Virus record (IMG/VR): IMGVR_UViG_3300032234_000149
Coordinates: 1-25,354 of that record
Length of the DNA stretch: 25,354 nt
Source: a virus
Lineage: Duplodnaviria; Caudoviricetes
Strand: one strand, 5' to 3'
Positions 1 to 8,383 of the stretch are shown piece after piece. The notes beneath the pieces are model-generated. The model was given only the letters and a program-made list of their open reading frames with translations, was not told the DNA's origin and searched no databases. The stretch's first letter is position 1. Each line of letters opens with the position of its first letter. A program made the position numbers and the translations under genes.

Positions 1-3000
1 TCGTATCCAGCTTTTGTTAATAAACCGTAAGCTGTAATTTTATTATTTATTGATGTAATTTCAGTGTCAAGTATACCCTGAGCTTCTTCTGTAATTTCTC
101 CCAGGTCTATGTCTTTTTGAGATACTTTGTTAGACTCTATTTGTGCTGCAGTTTTTTCCTGAATTGCCCTAGACAGCGCATCATTTCCTACAGTATTCCT
201 CTTTGCCATCTCTACTAGATCATCCATAACAAGACCAGTTGCACTACCAGATGCTTGCAAAAGCAAGAATCTTTTATCTAAATCTTTCACAGACTTTATC
301 TGTTCTCTAAGTCCTTCATCAGAAATTAAACTATCAACTGCTGCGTTTATAACGTTGCCCCTGACAGTCTGGTTTTCAATTAAACCTATGGACTCTCTTA
401 AAATACCTAGCTGACGAGTATACTCTTCTAAGCCAATCTGTTCACCCTGAAGTTGTAAGGCAAAGCTTTTTGTTAATGATGTTAAGCTTTTTGCAACGTT
501 ACCACCAAAATCAATACTTCCTACTTTTTCTGCTTGAGCTTTAAAGTTGTTTACCAAAGCATCTGTATTTTCTGGCGAAATTCCAACACTTGCAAAGTCA
601 AATTGAATGTCAGTTCGTTTTGATGCTCTAATAATTCCAGCGATTGTTTCTGACACAACCTTGTCACTAAGTCCAGAAGAAGATAGCTGGAAAGCCAGGA
701 AGTTTAATGCATCTTCTACAGACTTTTTAGCTCCATCTTTTGCACCCTGTATTTGAGTTGCAAACTGAGTTTGAAATTCTTCGTCTTCTGCTCTTTGCTT
801 TGCAGCAGCAGTATTAACCTCTTCTAGTGAGGATGCTGTGGCAGTATCAAAACCAGTTTCTAGAACTGGAACTTCTCCTGCTCTTTCACCAAGGAATTTA
901 ATTTGATCTGCAGTAACGTCTACAATCTTGCCAAAAGCGTCTAGCTTGTCCATCTGGCCCTTGATAATAAAGCCTAAGCCAATTAGTGCAGCTGCGGCTG
1001 CTGCTACTCCCAATGCGATAAGGCCTACTGGTCCAAGCAATGCTGTCAATGCAGCGCTGGCAACTGAAGTTACAGTTGCAAAAACGCCCAACCCTGCTGA
1101 AGCAGCTGCAGTCGTTGCTAATTTAATTGCATCTGCAACTGCTTGATATCTAGCTCTAGCAAGCTCTACCAGCTGAAGACTTCTTAATGCATCTGTAATT
1201 TGAATCAAGGCAAATATTGCACCAGTGGCTAGAGAGATCGTTCCAGCTATGGCTGACATTTCTCCACCAAACATAAAAAGAATTCCAGTTATAGAAGAAA
1301 GTCCTATTGCTACTTTAGATATTGTATCTCCAAAGTTAGAAAGCTTGTTATTAGTTTCAACTATTGTGTTTGGATCTTGCATTAATGGACCAATAAATCC
1401 ACGCTCCCCTGGACTTCTTGGAGCCATACCACTTGAGTAAGCTCTTCTTGAAGACCTAGTTGCCTGAGTAACTGGCTGTGCTTGATTAGCAGCAAGTGCC
1501 GCCATAATTTCTGGGTTTGAGCTTGCTCTCCTTGGTCCCCTGCCTTTACCAGTAACAGGAGAAACCATTGTTTCCGCTGCTCTAGCCACATCATCTTTAG
1601 AATTAACTAGGGTCTCTGTTACACCATCAACCATGTTTTTAGTTGCTTTAATGGTTTTTTCTGATGGAGACTTGGCTCTTGAGGCCTTGTCTAGTTCGTT
1701 TCCAATTTCATTTCTAACTTCTGCTACAAGCTTTGCTGTTTTTTCTTTAATGTCAAGGTAGGACTTTCCAGATGCAAATCTTTCAGCTGGGACTACTTCT
1801 CCACTAGATCTTGTTCTTGCAACTCTTCCTCCAGCTCCCTGAGCACTAAATGCAGCACCTTTTTCTGTAGCCACATAGTCTGTTCTTCCGCCAGAAGTAG
1901 TTACTGCTTTTAAGAAACCTTCAGATTCTAGTTTTGTTATTATCTGCTGATATGTTGCATTACCAAATTCAATTCCAGTATCTTTTAAAGCTTGAGAATT
2001 TTTTAGTGTTTCAACAGTTGCCTGTTTTACAACTGTCATACTCTTTGTTTTTTCAAGAGCTGTAGCGGCTGTTGCACTATCTCCACCACGTGCTTTTGCA
2101 TTTGCCAGAGCCTGATCTGCAGCCCTAGCAAGTATCTCATCTGTTATTTTTCCATTTTCTGCAGTAGCCACTGCAATATCATGAATTTCCCTGTCAATTT
2201 CAGCTGTTGCTTTTGCAATTCCAGCAGTAATCTCTGCCCCACCAAGCTTTACGGTGTCTACAAGAGCATCGCCAGCTTTAAACCATTCTGTGCTAAATTC
2301 GTCAACAGCTTGGCCACCCTGATCAAGTTTTTTGTTTTGAGTTGGAGTCATTGCACGAACAAAGCTTCCAGTTTCTCTTTGCCCACTTGGAAGAATTCTT
2401 GTAGTTCCTTGCAAATGACCTAATTGCAAGTCAGAACGTTTGCTTGTTTTAATATTTTCGTTTGCTGCTGCCGCTTCTTCTGCTTGTGCTCTAGTTAAAA
2501 TAACAAGACCATCTTTATTCTTTTCTGCAGCAGCGACAAGCTCAGCAAACATTCTGTTTACTTCATCTGTTGAATTGTTTAACTGAAGAAGTTTGTTGTA
2601 ATAAATTTCAAGTGCTCTTGCTGAGGCCTTATTAGCAATTTGTATTTGACCAGCACCAAAGTTTGCAGCACCGCCTCTTCCGTTCTGATATCCTGGAATA
2701 TTTCCAGCGATCATGCCTTGGATGATTGGTGCATACTTCTTTGCCATCTCAGCTGGAATAACTGCTTCTCCTGGAGAAAGCATTGCTGCAACAACATCTC
2801 CCGCACCCTTTGGTCCTGGCACTGATACTATTCCATTATTAAATCCTGGGATTGTTTGCGTCTTAACCTTTGGCTTAGCTGGCTTTACTGCAGAGTGGAT
2901 AGCATGGAATTTAGACCAGTCAACACCAAGTCCTTGTTCAAGCCTGCGAATCATGTCATCATAAACACCAACCTCTGTTGGGTTAGTTAGTTTAAATGAT

Positions 3001-5897
3001 GCAATAGTTTCTTTTAGTTTTGGAAGAACTGTTTGAATTTCTCCAAGCATTCTTTGTCTGTATTGCTCTGGAGTTAGTCCTGCCATCAACCCTAGTGTTG
3101 ATTCTGCAAATGCTCTCTTGGCACCACCCTTAATACCAAGTAGGTTTATAATTGCTTGTTCTTCCATTGATGGAAGATTGCGCTCGTAATCTCTTAGTCC
3201 AGATGCCCTGCTAAATACACCTGCAGGTCCTGCATCAGCAACTACGTTTCCATAAACATTTGCACCAGACAAATCTTTGTCAACACGGAGTAAGGATGCA
3301 ACTAGCTGTCTAAAGTATTGTTCTTCGTTAAACAGACCCATTGGCTGATTATTAACAAACTTAGGATCAAGATCAGATTCAAGAGCAAGGAATCTTCTTT
3401 GTCTTGTTGTGTCTAGTGGATCTCTAATTACAACAATTCTTTGCTGTGGGGCTTCTAGGCCATGAGCTCTTCTTGAAATTTCAGTTGATCGCATTTCTGC
3501 AAGTGCTGCTTTTTCATCTAGCACTGGCTTTACGAACACCTGCTTGTTACCCTTTTGATATACTCCACCCAAACCAAAAATTGGGAAGCTGTGTCCAGAT
3601 GTTGGAGAAATCTGGTGACCGTATTCTGTTGGAGCAGTGTTGGCATAACTGCTCTTTAAGAACATCTGATAAATCTCATCAGCAGCTTGCCTACTCTTAG
3701 AAACAGATTTTGCTGACTTAGGCATTCCAAGCATAACGCCATTTGCATATCCTGGAATATTTCCTGCAATCATTCCTTGAATTAGTGGCTGATATTTTTT
3801 AACCATGTCTGCTGGAATAACAGCTTCGCCAGGTGTTAGTAATGCTGGCTCTGTATCTCTGTTTCCACGACCACCAACAGTTACAACTCCACCCTTTGCC
3901 ATTTTTGTTGGGTTGGCTCCAGGCTTCATCATTCCTGGGTTAAGCAGTGCAAAACGGTTTCCAGCAGCCACAGCTTGAGTGTATGCGTCACGAAGAGCGT
4001 CTACTGCAACCTTTTCTGCTGTAAAACGCTGTGTAAGGTTTGAGTGAGCTTGGTCTAGAGAAGCAGCTGCAGCAGAAGCCTCTAGCTGTTCCTGTGTCAT
4101 GTATTGCGTTTCGTCACCAATGCCCTTGGCTTGACCAGTCATCTTTAGATAGCCAAGACGAACGGTAGCAAAGAACTTAATCATATTAGCAATACCGTTA
4201 TTAATTAGACCAAAGAGCATTAGAAGAACAGGACCCAAACCACCAACAACAGTGATTACAGTTCCAATGGTTTGTCTTATTCCGTCTGGAAGAGCATTAA
4301 ATGCATCCAAAACCTTAGTTCCAAAATCAATAAATGGTGTTGCAATATCTAAGAACAATTGTCCTAGTGGAACAAGAGCTACCTTCATTCTTTCAATAGC
4401 ACTTGTAAATTTGTTCATTGACGATTCGGCCTGAACACCAAGCTCTTTTTCTGACAAGGTTGCAAGATCTGAAACTGATGAGCCTGCTAAGTCAAGAACT
4501 CGTGATGCCTGGCTACCTTCTCTGATTACGTTATCAAATAATGCAGAGATACGTGCGAACTGGAACTTTCCAAATAGCTGTTCAATAGCCTGAGCTCTTC
4601 TCATTGGGTCAAGCTGATCTAGTGCCCTTGCAAAACCAAGAACTGTTGCTCTTAGGTCTCCTTGGTTTTCACTAACAATTGCACGAATATTTACACCCAG
4701 TCCAGCAAGAAACTCTGATGCTCTTTCTGTTGGGTTGATCAGAGATGCTAGACCAGACTTTAGTGCGTTAGCTCCTTGAGCTGCGTTTACGCCACCTTCC
4801 TTCATAGCTGCTAGGAAGAAGGCCAAGTCTTTTACGTCTCCACCAAGAGACTGAATAACTGTTGCAACTCTTGGGGTAGCTTCTGTAATATCATCAAGGG
4901 ATACTACTGTTTGGTTTTCTACTGCGTTTAAGAAGTCAATTGTAGAAACAAGATCTTCAGAAGAAATTCTAAAAGCGTTTTGCAAAGCAATAGTAGTCTC
5001 TAGAGCTTTTTGTAGTTCCATCTGTCCTAATACGGATAGCTTTAGAGATGCTGTAGTCTGGTTTTGTAAGTCTACCCCCTGGAAACCAGCGGCTGCTGCA
5101 TCTGCTGCAACGCTTAGGGAGTCTGATACTGCAACACCATACTTAGTGTAAGCAAGACCAAGCTCAGTAACAGCATCCATTGCTTTCTGAGTTTCTTCAG
5201 GAGCAGTGAACAGATCGCCATAAACCTTTTTAAATTTGATTGCTGCTTTTTCCATGTCCATAAAGACACGACCAGCAGTCATACCAAGAGTAGCAAGTGG
5301 GAGGGTAAAACCAACCATAAGCTGACGACCAGCCCACTGGGTATTCTTACCAAAGTTTAGAAGATTGGTTGAGCCTTGTTTAACTAGCTGATTAAACAGT
5401 ACTTGCTTTTGAGCAGTGATTGCAGTCTGAGTTCCCAGATCCTGCATATTAAGAATAGTTGGCCTAATTGCAATTGCTTGCATAGCACCCTGAGCATCAC
5501 GACCCATCTTAATGTATTGGGTCTGTAAAGTTTTTACACGCTCAATTGCTGTTTTCTCAATGGTGGAAAATTCTGCACCAAATCTTCTACCAAAGGTTTG
5601 TGTAGCTCCTGCAGCATAGCGGAAATACTCCCGCATAGAAAATTTATTTTTCTCAAGGGAGTTGGTAAAAGATTCCGCACTTGTTCTTACAGTCCGTAAC
5701 TCTGCAGAAAAACCCTGAATAGCATTTACGCTATTAACAAAGTTCTTCTGCAGGTCACGCTGAGCAACTGCTGCAGTTGAAGATGATTTTGCTACAGACT
5801 GGTGAAATTGAGAAATCTGTCGTTGCAGATTTTTTAGCTGATTTAATGCATCAGACGTATCAATATTTACGCCAATATTGGCATTAACATCAGCCAT
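1..5897 (-). CDS. Tail tape measure protein, >1965 aa, 3' end outside the window, with an internal kinase-like domain
   Basis: Manual translation from ATG at 5897 (SD-like AGAAAGGTGA upstream) gives MADVNANIGVNIDTSDALNQL..., and I found no stop down to base 3. It has a TMP-type helical core (~4500-5300: NFGKNTQWAGRQLMVGFTLP, DFLNAVENQT, ALKSGLASLINPT, AIEQLFGKFQ), hydrophobic segments at ~4170-4290 and ~960-1320, and an SPS motif (AKSPSEK, ~1660-1680). It lies directly after the tail tube and chaperone genes. Confidence 0.95.
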   Translation of the reverse strand, partial: MADVNANIGVNIDTSDALNQLKNLQRQISQFHQSVAKSSSTAAVAQRDLQKNFVNSVNAIQGFSAELRTVRTSAESFTNSLEKNKFSMREYFRYAAGATQTFGRRFGAEFSTIEKTAIERVKTLQTQYIKMGRDAQGAMQAIAIRPTILNMQDLGTQTAITAQKQVLFNQLVKQGSTNLLNFGKNTQWAGRQLMVGFTLPLATLGMTAGRVFMDMEKAAIKFKKVYGDLFTAPEETQKAMDAVTELGLAYTKYGVAVSDSLSVAADAAAAGFQGVDLQNQTTASLKLSVLGQMELQKALETTIALQNAFRISSEDLVSTIDFLNAVENQTVVSLDDITEATPRVATVIQSLGGDVKDLAFFLAAMKEGGVNAAQGANALKSGLASLINPTERASEFLAGLGVNIRAIVSENQGDLRATVLGFARALDQLDPMRRAQAIEQLFGKFQFARISALFDNVIREGSQASRVLDLAGSSVSDLATLSEKELGVQAESSMNKFTSAIERMKVALVPLGQLFLDIATPFIDFGTKVLDAFNALPDGIRQTIGTVITVVGGLGPVLLMLFGLINNGIANMIKFFATVRLGYLKMTGQAKGIGDETQYMTQEQLEASAAAASLDQAHSNLTQRFTAEKVAVDALRDAYTQAVAAGNRFALLNPGMMKPGANPTKMAKGGVVTVGGRGNRDTEPALLTPGEAVIPADMVKKYQPLIQGMIAGNIPGYANGVMLGMPKSAKSVSKSRQAADEIYQMFLKSSYANTAPTEYGHQISPTSGHSFPIFGLGGVYQKGNKQVFVKPVLDEKAALAEMRSTEISRRAHGLEAPQQRIVVIRDPLDTTRQRRFLALESDLDPKFVNNQPMGLFNEEQYFRQLVASLLRVDKDLSGANVYGNVVADAGPAGVFSRASGLRDYERNLPSMEEQAIINLLGIKGGAKRAFAESTLGLMAGLTPEQYRQRMLGEIQTVLPKLKETIASFKLTNPTEVGVYDDMIRRLEQGLGVDWSKFHAIHSAVKPAKPKVKTQTIPGFNNGIVSVPGPKGAGDVVAAMLSPGEAVIPAEMAKKYAPIIQGMIAGNIPGYQNGRGGAANFGAGQIQIANKASARALEIYYNKLLQLNNSTDEVNRMFAELVAAAEKNKDGLVILTRAQAEEAAAANENIKTSKRSDLQLGHLQGTTRILPSGQRETGSFVRAMTPTQNKKLDQGGQAVDEFSTEWFKAGDALVDTVKLGGAEITAGIAKATAEIDREIHDIAVATAENGKITDEILARAADQALANAKARGGDSATAATALEKTKSMTVVKQATVETLKNSQALKDTGIEFGNATYQQIITKLESEGFLKAVTTSGGRTDYVATEKGAAFSAQGAGGRVARTRSSGEVVPAERFASGKSYLDIKEKTAKLVAEVRNEIGNELDKASRAKSPSEKTIKATKNMVDGVTETLVNSKDDVARAAETMVSPVTGKGRGPRRASSNPEIMAALAANQAQPVTQATRSSRRAYSSGMAPRSPGERGFIGPLMQDPNTIVETNNKLSNFGDTISKVAIGLSSITGILFMFGGEMSAIAGTISLATGAIFALIQITDALRSLQLVELARARYQAVADAIKLATTAAASAGLGVFATVTSVASAALTALLGPVGLIALGVAAAAAALIGLGFIIKGQMDKLDAFGKIVDVTADQIKFLGERAGEVPVLETGFDTATASSLEEVNTAAAKQRAEDEEFQTQFATQIQGAKDGAKKSVEDALNFLAFQLSSSGLSDKVVSETIAGIIRASKRTDIQFDFASVGISPENTDALVNNFKAQAEKVGSIDFGGNVAKSLTSLTKSFALQLQGEQIGLEEYTRQLGILRESIGLIENQTVRGNVINAAVDSLISDEGLREQIKSVKDLDKRFLLLQASGSATGLVMDDLVEMAKRNTVGNDALSRAIQEKTAAQIESNKVSQKDIDLGEITEEAQGILDTEITSINNKITAYGLLTKAGY
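2679..2843 (-). repeat. TMP internal 55-aa repeat, copy 2
   Basis: FNNGIVSVPGPKGAGDVVAAMLSPGEAVIPAEMAKKYAPIIQGMIAGNIPGYQNG. It aligns with copy 1 without gaps and shares DNA stretches such as atatcctggaatatttcc and gctggaataac. Confidence 0.95.
2844..3737 (-). other. Kinase-like (HipA / PI3-PI4 kinase superfamily) domain within the TMP, approx. residues 721-1018
   Basis: Motifs occur in kinase order: Gly-rich FGLGGVY (3558-3578), VFVK (Lys 3528-3530), AALAE, GLEAP, catalytic-loop-like LVASLLRVDKDLSGAN (3258-3305) and DFG-equivalent ADAG (Asp 3234-3236), followed by AGVFSRASG and helices. Confidence 0.7.
3738..3902 (-). repeat. TMP internal 55-aa repeat, copy 1
   Basis: MAKGGVVTVGGRGNRDTEPALLTPGEAVIPADMVKKYQPLIQGMIAGNIPGYANG. 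Confidence 0.95.
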
Positions 5898-5916
5898 TAA
5901 TATTCACCTTTCTTAG

Positions 5917-6228
5917 CTATGCAATTATATTTGCTCCACTCAGGTTGGCACCTGATGCAGCTTCAACAATCTTGTAGACTGTTGGCAAATCTAGAAGATC
6001 CTCTAGCTTTGCAGGGTCAGCAGCTAGCTCTGGGCTATACTGTTTCATTGCAATAGCTACGCACTCCAAAAGAAGGTTCATAGATTTTTCATTGTCCTCT
6101 GCAACTGCCGTAACTCCCTCAAACTTTTTCATAAAAGGCTTTAAAAGCGAGATTTTCAATGGACGAACCTCAATAGTTGTACCATCAATAAGTGTTAGTG
6201 TTTCTGCTTGATATGTTGTTGTTGCCAT
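5917..6228 (-). CDS. Tail assembly chaperone (gpG-like), 103 aa
   Basis: Lies between the major tail gene and the TMP, has SD AAGGAG, and is paralogous to the N-terminal ~95 aa of 6279..7013. Confidence 0.8.
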   Translation of the reverse strand: MATTTYQAETLTLIDGTTIEVRPLKISLLKPFMKKFEGVTAVAEDNEKSMNLLLECVAIAMKQYSPELAADPAKLEDLLDLPTVYKIVEAASGANLSGANIIA

Positions 6229-6265
6229 GTTTTCTCCTTGTTCTACCCATTTTTAGGCTATTCTT

Positions 6266-6274
6266 ATTATAGCA
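6266..6274 (-). promoter_or_regulatory. Extended -10 promoter TGCTATAAT
   Basis: Perfect TGn-TATAAT in the intergenic gap; the same motif recurs in most gaps of the window. Confidence 0.7.
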
Positions 6275-6278
6275 TAGA

Positions 6279-7013
6279 CTAGCTATTTTTCAAGACCTTT
6301 GGGTCTCTAAGGTCTTCATACCCTAGACCCATGCCAATACCAAAACCAGCTTTTTTAGCGTTCTGTCCTTGCAGAGAAAGAACGTCATTTGAGTCGCTAG
6401 TAGCTCCACGGCTAAAGACTCTAGCCTTCATGTCTTCCCACTCCTTCTGTCCCCTGACTTTTCCATCAGACTTTTCTGAGTTTGCATCTAGATCAACACC
6501 TTGGAGGGCTGCAGAAAACTTCTTTTCTTCGTAGTCTAGTTCTCTGGTAATTGATAGGATTTGCATTAGCTCTTCTATAGAGATTGATGATTCTAGTTCA
6601 TCAAAGTTTTTCCAGATACCCAGCAAAAATACCTCAGACTCAAGCTTGGCCAAATCAAGGTTATTCCAGTTGGCTTCATTTTCTTCTCTTTTTGCTTGGT
6701 CTACAACATCTTCTTCTGAGTTCTTTTTAATGTTAATTCCAGCTGAGTAATACAAAATGTCATAGATTGCGTTTAAGTCAAAGTTGTCTTCAATATCGCT
6801 AAGACTATTTGAAAACTCTGGACAATATTGTTTCATAGCTATTCTGCAGCATTCTGCTAGAATTTCAATAGTTTTATCTTCGCTTTTAGATTCCTGAACG
6901 GCATCAAAAGCAATCATTAACTGTTTAAGATACTTTATCTTAATTGGGATTATTTCAATCTCTAATCCATCAATTGTTCTTACATATCCTGTTTTGTATA
7001 CTTCTGTTGGCAT
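6279..7013 (-). CDS. Tail assembly chaperone (gpGT-like, G-like domain plus C-terminal extension in one frame), 244 aa
   Basis: Directly downstream of the major tail gene. The N-terminal half matches the 103-aa chaperone (IDG..IE..P.KI..LK, EC..IAMKQY.PE, ED..DL), and the C-terminal half contains LGIWKNFDELESSISIEEL. Confidence 0.75.
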   Translation of the reverse strand: MPTEVYKTGYVRTIDGLEIEIIPIKIKYLKQLMIAFDAVQESKSEDKTIEILAECCRIAMKQYCPEFSNSLSDIEDNFDLNAIYDILYYSAGINIKKNSEEDVVDQAKREENEANWNNLDLAKLESEVFLLGIWKNFDELESSISIEELMQILSITRELDYEEKKFSAALQGVDLDANSEKSDGKVRGQKEWEDMKARVFSRGATSDSNDVLSLQGQNAKKAGFGIGMGLGYEDLRDPKVLKNS

Positions 7014-7019
7014 AATACA

Positions 7020-7028
7020 AGTTTACCA
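7020..7028 (-). promoter_or_regulatory. Extended -10 TGGTAAACT, probably giving a leaderless mRNA
   Basis: The motif ends 6 nt upstream of the ATG at 7013 and there is no SD. Confidence 0.6.
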
Positions 7029-7029
7029 C

Positions 7030-7069
7030 AAAACGACAAAACCCACCACAATTAAGTGATGGGCTTGTC
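7030..7069 (-). terminator. Intrinsic terminator after the major tail gene
   Basis: Minus strand GACAAGCCCATCAC-TTAATT-GTGGTGGGTTTTGTC followed by GTTTT; the stem is imperfect and needs G-U pairs. Confidence 0.7.
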
Positions 7070-7084
7070 TTTTAGTTTTATAGA

Positions 7085-7723
7085 TTATGATGCAACAGTA
7101 ATTGTGCGGTCAATGATCTTTCCATAGGAACCATCAGCGTCGTCTGGTAGAAGACGGAAGGATACCTCGAACATGGAAGGCTCGTCACGCTTAGCAGAAA
7201 CTGTAACATTCTCAATTGACAATGCACGGTATGCTGCGTAAACACGCTCTAGAGAAGAACCGATTTCACAGTCACCTGTGCCTGGTCCTACTGCAACGAT
7301 TCCACGCTCAACTGGGCACTCACCAAGATCTCCAGCAGATAGGTTTAGAACCAATCCAGAAGAAGTTGTCTTGTCGCCTGTTAGCTTGTCGTCTCCGTAT
7401 GCAAGAGCAACTAGAAGGTTTTCTAGTGTAGCCTCTGCAAACGCAGTGTTCAAGTTAACCTGCATGCCCTGCTTGAATAGCTTTGCTACGTCAAGTAGCT
7501 GGTCAACCTGAACTTCTCCGAAGTCTGGCTGGAACTGAATCTCAAGTCCATTCATTGTGTAACCAACGTTTGTAAAACCTGAGTTGTTCTCTGACAAAGT
7601 TTCACGATAAGACTCATCAGTAACAGGAGTAGGAAGTGTGCCTGAGTCCAGTGTTGTGTCTGCAACAAAGAACGACGCTGCACCTACGATAATGTTAGTG
7701 GAGTCACCACGAGTATATGCCAT
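7085..7723 (-). CDS. Major tail (tube) protein, 212 aa
   Basis: Beta-rich acidic protein with NIIVGAA, VGYTMNGLEIQFQPDFGEVQVDQLLD and FEVSFRLLPD. It sits between the tail terminator and chaperones with its own promoter and terminator. I moved the start to ATG 7723 because the SD AAAGAGGTGA precedes it. Confidence 0.9.
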   Translation of the reverse strand: MAYTRGDSTNIIVGAASFFVADTTLDSGTLPTPVTDESYRETLSENNSGFTNVGYTMNGLEIQFQPDFGEVQVDQLLDVAKLFKQGMQVNLNTAFAEATLENLLVALAYGDDKLTGDKTTSSGLVLNLSAGDLGECPVERGIVAVGPGTGDCEIGSSLERVYAAYRALSIENVTVSAKRDEPSMFEVSFRLLPDDADGSYGKIIDRTITVAS

Positions 7724-7786
7724 AATTTTCACCTCTTTCATAATAGTGTATTAAATTATAAATGGCGGTTGTTTCCTCAATAATTA

Positions 7787-7795
7787 ATTATACCA
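7787..7795 (-). promoter_or_regulatory. Extended -10 promoter TGGTATAAT
   Basis: Intergenic, upstream of the major tail gene. Confidence 0.7.
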
Positions 7796-7801
7796 GTCTT
7801 T

Positions 7802-8383
7802 TTATCTAAATTGATTTTGGTCTGGGTCATTTACTGTACCCCAGTTTGCATGGTAGTCATACTCAATAATAAGCTTATTAATAAATACGGTTCTAGCTGA
7901 AGCCAGCTCTATTACGTCTCTTGTCTCGTCAGCCTGATATACCCTCATAGACTGAAAGAATACGTTCTTTGGGAAGCTGAGGGTAGACTCATCCCTAATA
8001 AAAGTGTTTAGGTCTTGTGCTGCTGCGTCTTCTCTATCTAGTAGCTGTGATATCAGGATATTTGCATAGTTTACGGTTGCAAGGTCTGTGCTGTATAGGT
8101 AGTATAGTAGCTGTTCTCTTTTTCTTGGGTAGAACGAATTTGGCCTAAATCTAATTAACCTATCGTACTGAATCAATAGGGGCTGTTCTACTGGGATTGA
8201 CTGTGTAAGGTTTTTGTATATTTCTTCTGTGTTTGTTGGGGTAACTGCAAAGATTGGAACTACCCCACCAACTCCTGCGCCCTCAGACATGTTAATGCCT
8301 TCGTACTTAGAGAGTTGTTTGTATAGGTATTCGTTAATCCAGTGTGGTGGAAACGGAAGATCTGAAGCCTTATAAGTTGTCAT
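7802..8383 (-). CDS. Putative tail terminator / tail completion protein, 193 aa
   Basis: Called from synteny (immediately before the tail tube gene) and size; TAATG-coupled to the upstream gene. Confidence 0.55.
   Translation of the reverse strand: MTTYKASDLPFPPHWINEYLYKQLSKYEGINMSEGAGVGGVVPIFAVTPTNTEEIYKNLTQSIPVEQPLLIQYDRLIRFRPNSFYPRKREQLLYYLYSTDLATVNYANILISQLLDREDAAAQDLNTFIRDESTLSFPKNVFFQSMRVYQADETRDVIELASARTVFINKLIIEYDYHANWGTVNDPDQNQFR

Noticed and set aside
2844-3737. TMP insert as an intein or intron
   Set aside because: There is no N-terminal Cys/Ser or C-terminal His-Asn, no recognisable homing-endonuclease motif, and the frame is uninterrupted.
928-4434. Short ORFs in the track (928, 1225, 1382, 2181, 2640, 2713, 3446, 4252)
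   Set aside because: They lie antisense or out of frame within the continuous TMP frame and show no recognisable protein features.
6724-6731. T-AAA-AAG near the G/T domain boundary of the 244-aa chaperone as a -1 slippery site
   Set aside because: It is not a canonical X-XXY-YYZ heptamer, the long product is already in frame, and the -1 frame stops after about 16 codons. At most it is a relic.
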